Shown here piece after piece: positions 56,217 to 64,000 of a stretch of 64,000 nt of DNA. This DNA is from Escherichia coli. GTDB lineage: Bacteria; Pseudomonadota; Gammaproteobacteria; Enterobacterales; Enterobacteriaceae. Under the pieces are notes generated by a model that saw only the letters and a program-made list of their open reading frames with translations, ran no database searches and was not told where the DNA came from. The stretch lies in the NCBI RefSeq assembly GCF_044324875.1, contig NZ_CP172185.1. One strand, given 5' to 3'. Position 1 is the first letter of the stretch. Each line of letters starts with the position of its first letter. Position numbers and translations under genes: made by a program.

Positions 56217-57287
56217 ATGGCAGGACTGAAATTACAGGCAGTAACCAAAAGCTGGGATGGCAAAACCCAGGTCATTAAACCGCTGACCCTTGATGTGGCG
56301 GATGGCGAATTTATCGTGATGGTCGGGCCGTCTGGCTGCGGGAAATCGACGTTATTGCGAATGGTGGCCGGACTGGAGCGGGTAACGACGGGCGATATCT
56401 GGATCGACCGCAAGCGTGTCACCGAAATGGAGCCGAAAGATCGCGGGATTGCGATGGTGTTCCAGAACTACGCGCTCTATCCGCATATGAGCGTAGAGGA
56501 GAATATGGCGTGGGGGCTGAAAATTCGCGGCATGGGCAAGCAACAAATTGCCGAACGTGTTAAAGAAGCGGCGCGCATTCTGGAGCTGGACGGCCTGCTT
56601 AAGCGCCGCCCGCGTGAGCTATCTGGCGGTCAGCGTCAGCGTGTGGCGATGGGGCGTGCGATTGTGCGTGAGCCGGCAGTGTTCCTGTTTGATGAGCCGC
56701 TCTCTAACCTCGATGCCAAGTTGCGTGTGCAGATGCGTCTTGAACTGCAACAGCTGCACCGTCGCCTGAAAACGACTTCACTCTACGTTACCCACGATCA
56801 GGTTGAGGCGATGACGCTCGCCCAGCGAGTAATGGTGATGAACGGCGGCGTTGCCGAACAGATTGGCACGCCAGTTGAAGTGTACGAAAAGCCCGCCAGC
56901 CTGTTTGTGGCGAGTTTTATCGGCAGTCCGGCGATGAATCTGCTGGCAGGGCGTGTGAATAACGAAGGTACGCATTTCGAACTGGACGGCGGTATCGCGC
57001 TGCCGCTAAACGGTGGCTACCGTCAGTATGCCGGGCGTAAAATGACTCTCGGCATTCGCCCGGAACATATAGCGCTAAGCTCGCAGGCAGAAGGCGGCGT
57101 ACCGCTGGTGATGGACACGCTGGAGATCCTCGGCGCTGATAATCTGGCGCACGGACGCTGGGGCGAACAGAAGCTGGTGGTTCGGCTGGCGCATCAGGAG
57201 CGCCCGACAGCAGGCAGCACGCTGTGGCTGCATCTGCCAGAAAATCAGCTGCATCTTTTTGATGGTGAAACAGGACAACGAGTATGA
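56217..57287 (+). CDS. ugpC: sn-glycerol-3-phosphate ABC transporter ATP-binding protein UgpC
   Basis: 356-aa product starting MAGLKLQAV; Walker [10 protein letters not shown] and signature LSGGQRQR. Confidence 0.9.
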   Translation: MAGLKLQAVTKSWDGKTQVIKPLTLDVADGEFIVMVGPSGCGKSTLLRMVAGLERVTTGDIWIDRKRVTEMEPKDRGIAMVFQNYALYPHMSVEENMAWGLKIRGMGKQQIAERVKEAARILELDGLLKRRPRELSGGQRQRVAMGRAIVREPAVFLFDEPLSNLDAKLRVQMRLELQQLHRRLKTTSLYVTHDQVEAMTLAQRVMVMNGGVAEQIGTPVEVYEKPASLFVASFIGSPAMNLLAGRVNNEGTHFELDGGIALPLNGGYRQYAGRKMTLGIRPEHIALSSQAEGGVPLVMDTLEILGADNLAHGRWGEQKLVVRLAHQERPTAGSTLWLHLPENQLHLFDGETGQRV

Positions 57288-58027
57288 GTAACTGGCCTTA
57301 TCCCCGCATCGTCGCCCATCGTGGCGGCGGTAAACTGGCCCCGGAGAACACCCTGGCAGCAATCGACGTCGGGGCAAAATACGGTCATAAGATGATCGAA
57401 TTTGACGCGAAGTTATCGAAAGATGGCGAGATCTTCCTGCTCCATGACGACAATCTTGAACGCACCAGCAACGGCTGGGGCGTCGCGGGCGATCTGAACT
57501 GGCAGGATTTACTGCGCGTGGATGCAGGCAGTTGGTACAGCAAAGCGTTTAAAGGTGAGCCGCTACCGTTGCTTTCGCAGGTGGCGGAACGCTGTCGCGA
57601 ACACGGGATGATGGCGAATATCGAAATCAAACCCACCACTGGCACCGGGCCATTAACGGGCAAAATGGTGGCGCTGGCGGCACGCGAACTGTGGGCCGAT
57701 ATGACGCCGCCGCTGCTGTCATCGTTTGAGATTGATGCTTTAGAAGCTGCACAACAGGCTGCACCGGAACTGCCGCGCGGTTTGTTGTTGGATGAGTGGC
57801 GCGACGACTGGCGAGAACTGACCGCGCGACTGGGCTGCGTCTCTATTCATCTCAATCATAAGTTGCTTGATAAAGCGCGAGTGATGCAGTTGAAAGACGC
57901 CGGATTACGGATTCTGGTTTATACCGTCAATAAACCCCAGCGCGCGGCAGAGTTGCTGCGCTGGGGCGTGGATTGCATCTGCACCGATGCGATTGACGTG
58001 ATTGGTCCGAACTTTACGGCCCAATAG
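57284..58027 (+). CDS. ugpQ: Glycerophosphodiester phosphodiesterase UgpQ
   Basis: 247-aa GDPD-family enzyme starting [16 protein letters not shown]. Confidence 0.9.
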
Positions 58028-58454
58028 TTTTCAACGGTATATCAGGCTGCGGCGTGCTGGGCTGATTCAGCATGTCGCCGTTTCTCCTCTCCGGCAACAT
58101 ATGCTGCTGATTCAACGAACTATCCGGATTACGGTTGCTGTTTAACATCCCGCCGTTGGTATTGGGCAGCATTTGCTGCCGGGCGGGATTTCGCTCCCCC
58201 GGCTGTGACTGCAACACCCGCTGAGAATTATTGTTTATCTGGTTTTCTAAATGCTGTTGTTGCAACTGAGTTTGCGTTTTCAGTTGCTGATTCAGCATCC
58301 CTTTTTGCTGGATTTGCTGCGTCTGCATTTGAGTCTGCATCCGCTGCTGACTGGGGATCTGATACCCCGGCTGGTTAGGGTTGTTCAGAGTATTAATGGG
58401 CTGTGCAAAGCCGACAAACGGCAGGAGTGCCGTAAGAATCAGAAGTCGTTTCAT
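58014..58454 (-). CDS. yhhA: Secreted Gln/Asn-rich low-complexity protein YhhA
   Basis: 146 aa with signal peptide followed by an extremely Q/N-rich low-complexity sequence. Confidence 0.75.
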
Positions 58455-58573
58455 CGCGTATCCTCCTCTGAAGATATTCTTTAAGTTTACTCCTTTCCTG
58501 CAATCATCAGGATTAATTCAGAGTTATATACCAGGCTTAGCTGGGGTCGCCCCTTAATCTCTGGAGAATAACG

Positions 58574-60316
58574 ATGATAAAACCGACGTTTTTACGCCGG
58601 GTGGCCATTGCTGCTCTGCTCTCAGGAAGTTGTTTTAGCGCCGCCGCCGCGCCTCCTCCGCCACCTGTTTCTTATGGCGTGGAGGACGATGTCTTTCATC
58701 CGGTACGCGCGAAACAGGGGATGGTGGCGTCTGTAGATGCTACTGCCACTCAGGTGGGGGTGGATATCCTCAAGGAGGGTGGGAATGCCGTTGATGCCGC
58801 CGTGGCGGTGGGCTACGCGCTGGCGGTAACGCATCCGCAGGCAGGGAATCTGGGCGGTGGTGGTTTTATGCTGATCCGCTCGAAAAATGGCAATACCACC
58901 GCTATCGATTTCCGCGAAATGGCACCCGCCAAAGCGACCCGCGATATGTTCCTCGATGACCAGGGCAACCCGGACAGCAAAAAATCACTCACTTCGCATC
59001 TGGCCTCCGGTACGCCAGGTACGGTCGCAGGTTTCTCGCTGGCGCTGGAGAAGTACGGCACCATGCCGTTAAATAAAGTGGTGCAGCCGGCGTTTAAACT
59101 GGCACGCGATGGTTTTATCGTTAATGACGCGCTGGCTGACGATCTCAAAACCTACGGTAGCGAAGTGTTGCCGAATCACGAAAACAGCAAGGCTATCTTC
59201 TGGAAAGAGGGCGCGCCGCTGAAAAAGGGCGACAAGCTGGTGCAGGCGAACCTGGCAAAGAGCCTGGAGATGATTGCCGAAAACGGCCCGGACGAATTCT
59301 ACAAAGGCACGATAGCGGAACAGATTGCCCAGGAGATGCAGAAAAACGGTGGCTTGATCACTAAAGAAGATTTAGCGGCGTATAAAGCGGTCGAACGTAC
59401 ACCGATTAGCGGCGATTATCGCGGGTATCAGGTTTACTCCATGCCACCGCCATCTTCCGGCGGGATCCATATCGTACAAATCCTCAATATTCTGGAAAAC
59501 TTCGATATGAAGAAATACGGCTTTGGCAGCGCCGACGCGATGCAAATCATGGCAGAAGCTGAGAAATATGCCTACGCCGACCGCTCGGAATATCTTGGCG
59601 ACCCGGATTTTGTCAAAGTTCCGTGGCAGGCGCTGACCAATAAAGCCTATGCCAAATCTATTGCCGATCAAATCGATATCAATAAAGCGAAGCCATCCAG
59701 CGAAATTCGCCCCGGCAAGCTTGCGCCTTATGAGAGTAATCAAACTACCCATTACTCAGTGGTGGATAAAGACGGCAACGCGGTAGCGGTGACCTATACG
59801 CTGAACACCACCTTCGGGACGGGCATTGTCGCGGGCGAGAGCGGTATTCTGCTTAATAACCAGATGGATGATTTCTCCGCCAAACCTGGCGTACCGAACG
59901 TTTACGGGCTGGTGGGTGGTGACGCCAACGCGGTCGGGCCGAATAAACGCCCGCTGTCGTCGATGTCCCCAACCATTGTGGTGAAAGACGGTAAAACCTG
60001 GTTAGTGACTGGTAGCCCAGGCGGTAGCCGGATCATCACTACCGTGCTGCAAATGGTGGTGAACAGCATCGATTATGGTATGAATGTCGCCGAAGCGACC
60101 AATGCACCGCGTTTCCACCATCAGTGGTTGCCGGACGAACTGCGCGTCGAGAAAGGATTTAGCCCGGATACGCTCAAGCTGCTGGAAGAAAAAGGTCAGA
60201 AAGTAGCGCTGAAAGAGGCGATGGGCAGCACACAAAGCATTATGGTTGGGCCGGACGGCGAGTTGTACGGCGCATCCGATCCGCGCTCGGTGGATGATTT
60301 AACGGCGGGGTATTAA
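58574..60316 (+). CDS. ggt: Gamma-glutamyltranspeptidase
   Basis: 580 aa with signal peptide and the conserved Thr-containing autoprocessing region (NQTTHYSVVD). Confidence 0.95.
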   Translation: MIKPTFLRRVAIAALLSGSCFSAAAAPPPPPVSYGVEDDVFHPVRAKQGMVASVDATATQVGVDILKEGGNAVDAAVAVGYALAVTHPQAGNLGGGGFMLIRSKNGNTTAIDFREMAPAKATRDMFLDDQGNPDSKKSLTSHLASGTPGTVAGFSLALEKYGTMPLNKVVQPAFKLARDGFIVNDALADDLKTYGSEVLPNHENSKAIFWKEGAPLKKGDKLVQANLAKSLEMIAENGPDEFYKGTIAEQIAQEMQKNGGLITKEDLAAYKAVERTPISGDYRGYQVYSMPPPSSGGIHIVQILNILENFDMKKYGFGSADAMQIMAEAEKYAYADRSEYLGDPDFVKVPWQALTNKAYAKSIADQIDINKAKPSSEIRPGKLAPYESNQTTHYSVVDKDGNAVAVTYTLNTTFGTGIVAGESGILLNNQMDDFSAKPGVPNVYGLVGGDANAVGPNKRPLSSMSPTIVVKDGKTWLVTGSPGGSRIITTVLQMVVNSIDYGMNVAEATNAPRFHHQWLPDELRVEKGFSPDTLKLLEEKGQKVALKEAMGSTQSIMVGPDGELYGASDPRSVDDLTAGY

Positions 60317-60323
60317 GGTTAGC

Positions 60324-60347
60324 GGCCCTCTTCGTGGGAAGAGGGCC
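60324..60347. terminator. Perfect hairpin GGCCCTCTTC-GTGG-GAAGAGGGCC between convergent ggt and yrhB
   Basis: 10-bp perfect inverted repeat 8 bp after the ggt stop and 7 bp before the yrhB stop. Confidence 0.5.
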
Positions 60348-60353
60348 GTATTG

Positions 60354-60638
60354 TCAGGGCAAGCCGAAGGTAGCCTTTTTTATTTCATAATCCTGTAGAT
60401 ATTCTTCCAGCGGCTTTGCCGTTCCAAGGGAATGAATTTCACCACTGTCTTTATCAATAATAAAAGGTGCGTTACCGGCTAAGCGCGCGGCCTCATCACC
60501 AGATTCAAGAAATTCTTGTGATTCGAAACAGAAATACCAGCCCTGGCTAAAACGTCCATGCAGAGTGATGACGACAGGGAGATCTGCATCATCAAGGTAA
60601 TGGTTCGCTTTCGCGAATGCGTCGTGATAAGTAATCAT
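60354..60638 (-). CDS. yrhB: Small protein YrhB
   Basis: 94-aa ORF starting MITYHDAFAKANHYLDD, recognised as the K-12 YrhB sequence. Confidence 0.8.
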   Translation of the reverse strand: MITYHDAFAKANHYLDDADLPVVITLHGRFSQGWYFCFESQEFLESGDEAARLAGNAPFIIDKDSGEIHSLGTAKPLEEYLQDYEIKKATFGLP

Positions 60639-61087
60639 AATTATAATAAATATTATTGTTGAACGTTATATTATTATTCTTGCGTTATACTTTGAGAAAA
60701 GGCGTGTTCATCTTCGTCAAAGATATTATTAAATGCTGGTTTTGAAAAAAGTTCATCGGATAATATACAGTCACGAAATAAGTATCTGCTAATATTTTGT
60801 GATTTCTTTTTCAGAACGTCGAACGGGATTTTCTTATTTAAGATATCAGAATCTTATGATTCGGGTGAAATTCTAACTAAATCAACATGTCACTAAAATC
60901 ATCATAGCCATTAGCTATTTCGGCTAAAATAGAGATTACATGTCTTCGGTCCATCTCACTTAAGGAGTGTAGTTCCGTTGTAAGTTTTTCCATAGCTTGC
61001 ATTGCTAAGTTTCGAACAAGGAATTTTCTGCTGGTAATCTCTAAAAAGATGGCATGGTTTACAATGATTTTTGTTATCTTTTGATTA

Positions 61088-61582
61088 TTATGAACAACTG
61101 TCCATGATTTCGTTTAAGAATGAAGAGAAATCACTAAACGAACTGAATATATTTTCGGTGCCAATATTATCTCTAATTTCAAAAAAGTTATTTTTAATGT
61201 CATAAGTAAATATTGAAATGCTATCATCCCCGATCACTAACCGTTCTTGTAGATCAGGGTTTATGAAATCATCATTATTTCTATAAAATTCATTTACGGT
61301 AAAAAGGTTTTTAACTGAAGGTTCTGGAATCGAGAGGCTAAATAATCGTAATCCATTAACTTCGAATCCATCCATTGCTCTTAAAAAAGTAAGATAATCA
61401 GGTTGATTCTTAAAAAGAATACTAACTTCATTACATAACTTCTCCAGGCAATTAGTTGAATTAGAATTAAATTCTATTTGGATTATACTTTCAATAAATG
61501 ATTCCTTGAGCGGTGCTTCAAATGGATAGTCTAAATCATTCATCATTTTTTTTAATTTATTTATTTGGGTTTTAGTCATCAT
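61088..61582 (-). CDS. Candidate immunity protein for the upstream Hcp-toxin (YrhA-like, apparently intact here)
   Basis: 164-aa ORF in a very AT-rich segment; its start overlaps the toxin stop by 4 bp (ATGA), the usual effector-immunity arrangement. Confidence 0.6.
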   Translation of the reverse strand: MMTKTQINKLKKMMNDLDYPFEAPLKESFIESIIQIEFNSNSTNCLEKLCNEVSILFKNQPDYLTFLRAMDGFEVNGLRLFSLSIPEPSVKNLFTVNEFYRNNDDFINPDLQERLVIGDDSISIFTYDIKNNFFEIRDNIGTENIFSSFSDFSSFLNEIMDSCS

Positions 61583-62757
61583 TTTGTGGGTTCCATAATA
61601 TTTTTCATGGGAGGATAAATTGAGCCAGATGGAATGGCCCAGGGAGTGATTTTGCTTTCACCTACTAATATTCCCTTAGCTATTCGTGATTGCATGTTAG
61701 TAAAAACTTTATGATATGGTTCGTTTTCGATTAATACTAAATTTTCGAAATCATTAGTACCACCATCATCTAGAGATAGTTTATGGTGAACATTATAATT
61801 TAGAGGAACATTGCCCTTTCTCATTCTTAAAAGGTCTTCGGCGTTGAATCTTCCAGATGCTTCGGAGGTTTTTGCAAGTTTGATAAGAAAATTTTTTCTT
61901 ACAGTTTTATTAAACTCCTTTCGTAAGTTAGCTAAGTCTTTTGAAGGTCTCTTAATGTATATTATTTCTATTATGTCTATACCATCAAGAAGTTTTTGTT
62001 GACCTCTAAGTTTGCCTAAATAACTATTTATTTCTGTATATGTATCAACATTAGAACGCTTTGTTAAAAGAATAGATGCTGTTGCTATCGCTATGCCCGC
62101 TGTTTTTTCATTTAGTATTTGATCATAGCCTTTTATTGCATCTCCACCCAGTTTTTCCGCAGTATCTCTGAATCCTTCAATGTTCCCATTGTATACGCCA
62201 CCAGCAGCAAGTAGCCTGCCAATAGCTTTGCTGTTTAACGTTTTGAAACGATTATTTGTTTGGTTTTTTGAATTTGGTAAAAACAAACGGTTATAATTTT
62301 CAGGGAGTGCCAAATAGCTGAACTCGGTATTTGCGATAAGATGTTGACAGAGGATAAATTCATAACTAACAGTTATTGTTTCTGTATCCAGTTGATTTTC
62401 AATGATCTGATGATGAATAGCCGATAAAAAAGCGCCTCTTAGTTGTATATAATAATACTTTTCCCATCTACCAAATCTATTGATTCTATAAAAGTCAAAT
62501 TCCATAAATAATTGCTCATTATTGTTAATGGAATTAATAAGTAATGGAGTGCTTTTATCAATTAATTTACAAAATGTCATACCCTGTAACTGTGAACCAA
62601 GTCCCGTATTAGTAATTCTATTTGCGAGTGAGAATGTAAATATTTCATCCTCATGCCCACTCTGCCAGCGATTACCTATAGATTCAGTAGTCCCACAACC
62701 TGCGGAGATGTTTCCTTGTTGTTCTCCCGTTACTGTCAGGTAAACAATATTACTCAT
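61579..62757 (-). CDS. yhhZ: Hcp-domain protein with a C-terminal HNH-like nuclease extension (Hcp-ET-type T6SS effector; YhhZ-like)
   Basis: N-terminal 160 aa resembles Hcp (VYLTVTGEQQGNISAGC ...); C-terminus carries an HNH-like motif (NYNVHHKLSLDDGGTNDFENLVLIENEPYH). Confidence 0.7.
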   Translation of the reverse strand: MSNIVYLTVTGEQQGNISAGCGTTESIGNRWQSGHEDEIFTFSLANRITNTGLGSQLQGMTFCKLIDKSTPLLINSINNNEQLFMEFDFYRINRFGRWEKYYYIQLRGAFLSAIHHQIIENQLDTETITVSYEFILCQHLIANTEFSYLALPENYNRLFLPNSKNQTNNRFKTLNSKAIGRLLAAGGVYNGNIEGFRDTAEKLGGDAIKGYDQILNEKTAGIAIATASILLTKRSNVDTYTEINSYLGKLRGQQKLLDGIDIIEIIYIKRPSKDLANLRKEFNKTVRKNFLIKLAKTSEASGRFNAEDLLRMRKGNVPLNYNVHHKLSLDDGGTNDFENLVLIENEPYHKVFTNMQSRIAKGILVGESKITPWAIPSGSIYPPMKNIMEPTK

Positions 62758-62992
62758 CCCTGAAAAGTCCTTTTATGGCATGCTATTTTATTAATGGCAC
62801 TATTATGCTTGTTAATTGTTATTTATTTACTCTAGGAAATTGTAGGCGTATATATTAATAATAAAATATTACACTTTAGGACGTAATTATGAGGTAAATC
62901 TCAATATATTTATTGGGCAAATAAATACATTAAAGGAAGATATGCCGATTTTGAATGACGCCCTTTTTCCATCTCAGAAAAAGGGCACTATC

Positions 62993-63481
62993 TTACTTCA
63001 CCCGTGCCATATAATACGCATCGACATATTCACCATTACGTAATGCGTACTTTTTGCCAGTCCCTTCAATCTCAAAGCCGAATTTTTTATAGACCTTAAT
63101 TGCTGGCGCGTTATCGACGAACACCGTTAGCTCAATACGATCTACCCGCAACCAGTTGTCGCACATTTCAATCATCTCTCGCATCAGGGCGCTGGCGACG
63201 CCGTGATTCTTCCAGCGGGCGTCGACACAGATACCAAAATCGGCAACATGACTGCGGCGCGGGCGTTGTTGCACGTCAATGGTGAGATGTCCTACGACGA
63301 TTCCATCAATACAGGCGACTAACTGCTTGATGCCGGGACGATCGGCGAGTCGCTCCTGCCACATATGATCGGAAGGATGAGGCACCTGTAGTGTGTTGCA
63401 ATACACCTCCGGCTGGGCGTGAATCTGCCTGATGGCCTCGTAATCGCGCGTTTCAGCATGGCGTATCACTATCTCACTCAT
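62993..63481 (-). CDS. yhhY: GNAT-family N-acetyltransferase
   Basis: 162-aa product starting MSEIVIRHAE with the acetyl-CoA binding motif (HGVASALMREMIEM). Confidence 0.85.
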   Translation of the reverse strand: MSEIVIRHAETRDYEAIRQIHAQPEVYCNTLQVPHPSDHMWQERLADRPGIKQLVACIDGIVVGHLTIDVQQRPRRSHVADFGICVDARWKNHGVASALMREMIEMCDNWLRVDRIELTVFVDNAPAIKVYKKFGFEIEGTGKKYALRNGEYVDAYYMARVK

Positions 63482-63814
63482 TCCTTTGTCCTCTTTGGGG
63501 TAAATGTCCCTTTCAACATCATTGACTTTCAAATGCGAGTCAAATGCATTTTTTTGCAAAAAGTGTTGGACAAGTGCGAATGAGAATGATTATTATTGTC
63601 TCGCGATCAGGAAGACCCTCGCGGAGAACCTGAAAGCACGACATTGCTCACATTGCTTCCAGTATTACTTAGCCAGCCGGGTGCTGGCTTTTTTTTTGAT
63701 CTTTCGTTTTCAATTTATCCACGGGAAGTGCTTGTGTTCGTTATGCGCACTCCAGTAGGAACCACGTCCGCTTTGCGCTAAGGTATAAATAACCACCTTA
63801 AAAAGGACGAAATC

Positions 63815-64000
63815 ATGGTCATCAACTGCGCCTTTATTGGCTTCGGCAAAAGCACCACCCGTTACCATCTGCCGTATGTACTTAACCGCAAGGATAGCTG
63901 GCATGTCGCGCATATTTTTCGCCGCCATGCGAAGCCGGAAGAACAGGCTCCCATTTACTCTCATATCCATTTCACCAGCGATCTCGACGAAGTGCTAAAC
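63815..64000 (+). CDS. yhhX: Gfo/Idh/MocA-family oxidoreductase, 5' portion (runs off the window end)
   Basis: ATG at 63815 opens MVINCAFIGFGKSTTRYHLPYV, a Rossmann NAD(P)-binding N-terminus, with no stop before the window end. Confidence 0.7.
   Translation, partial: MVINCAFIGFGKSTTRYHLPYVLNRKDSWHVAHIFRRHAKPEEQAPIYSHIHFTSDLDEVLN

Noticed and set aside
60877-61002. Possible small ORF in the AT-rich spacer between yrhB and the immunity gene
   Set aside because: Codon-by-codon translation hits a stop after 15 codons (MQAMEKLTTELHSLK); an initial 41-aa reading came from a one-base slip.

Overview
This window reads as Escherichia coli chromosome from the 77–78 min region: a conserved backbone interrupted by four accessory insertions. 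The organism assignment and all gene names are from my recognition of the translated ORFs, not from any database search. Backbone, in order: yhiI (3' end), rbbA, yhhJ, nikR, nikEDCBA, acpT, yhhT (disrupted), yhhS, dcrB, yhhQ, tusA, zntA, yhhN, yhhM, yhhL, rsmD, ftsYEX, rpoH, livJ, panM, livKHMGF, ugpBAECQ, yhhA, ggt, yrhB, yhhY, yhhX (5' end). Accessory content: (1) a roughly 5.6 kb lower-GC operon at 4475–10074 with a GntR/HutC regulator, galactitol-family PTS EIIA/EIIB/EIIC, an FGGY sugar kinase, an HPr paralogue and a class II ketose-bisphosphate aldolase; it sits where K-12 carries rhsB and I cannot assign it to a characterised pathway, so it is my best candidate for something undescribed. 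(2) A 17-gene aryl-polyene-type type II PKS/FAS-like cluster with two tandem ACPs and an MMPL/LolA export module (16294–31322), ending 1 bp from acpT; this matches the described O-island-138 / APE cluster family. (3) An IS1 copy inserted into yhhT with a perfect 9-bp target-site duplication. (4) A very AT-rich two-gene module (61088–62757) encoding an Hcp-domain protein with a C-terminal HNH-like extension and a co-translated small partner, consistent with a T6SS Hcp-effector/immunity pair (YhhZ/YrhA-like). No CRISPR array, tRNA or rRNA was seen.
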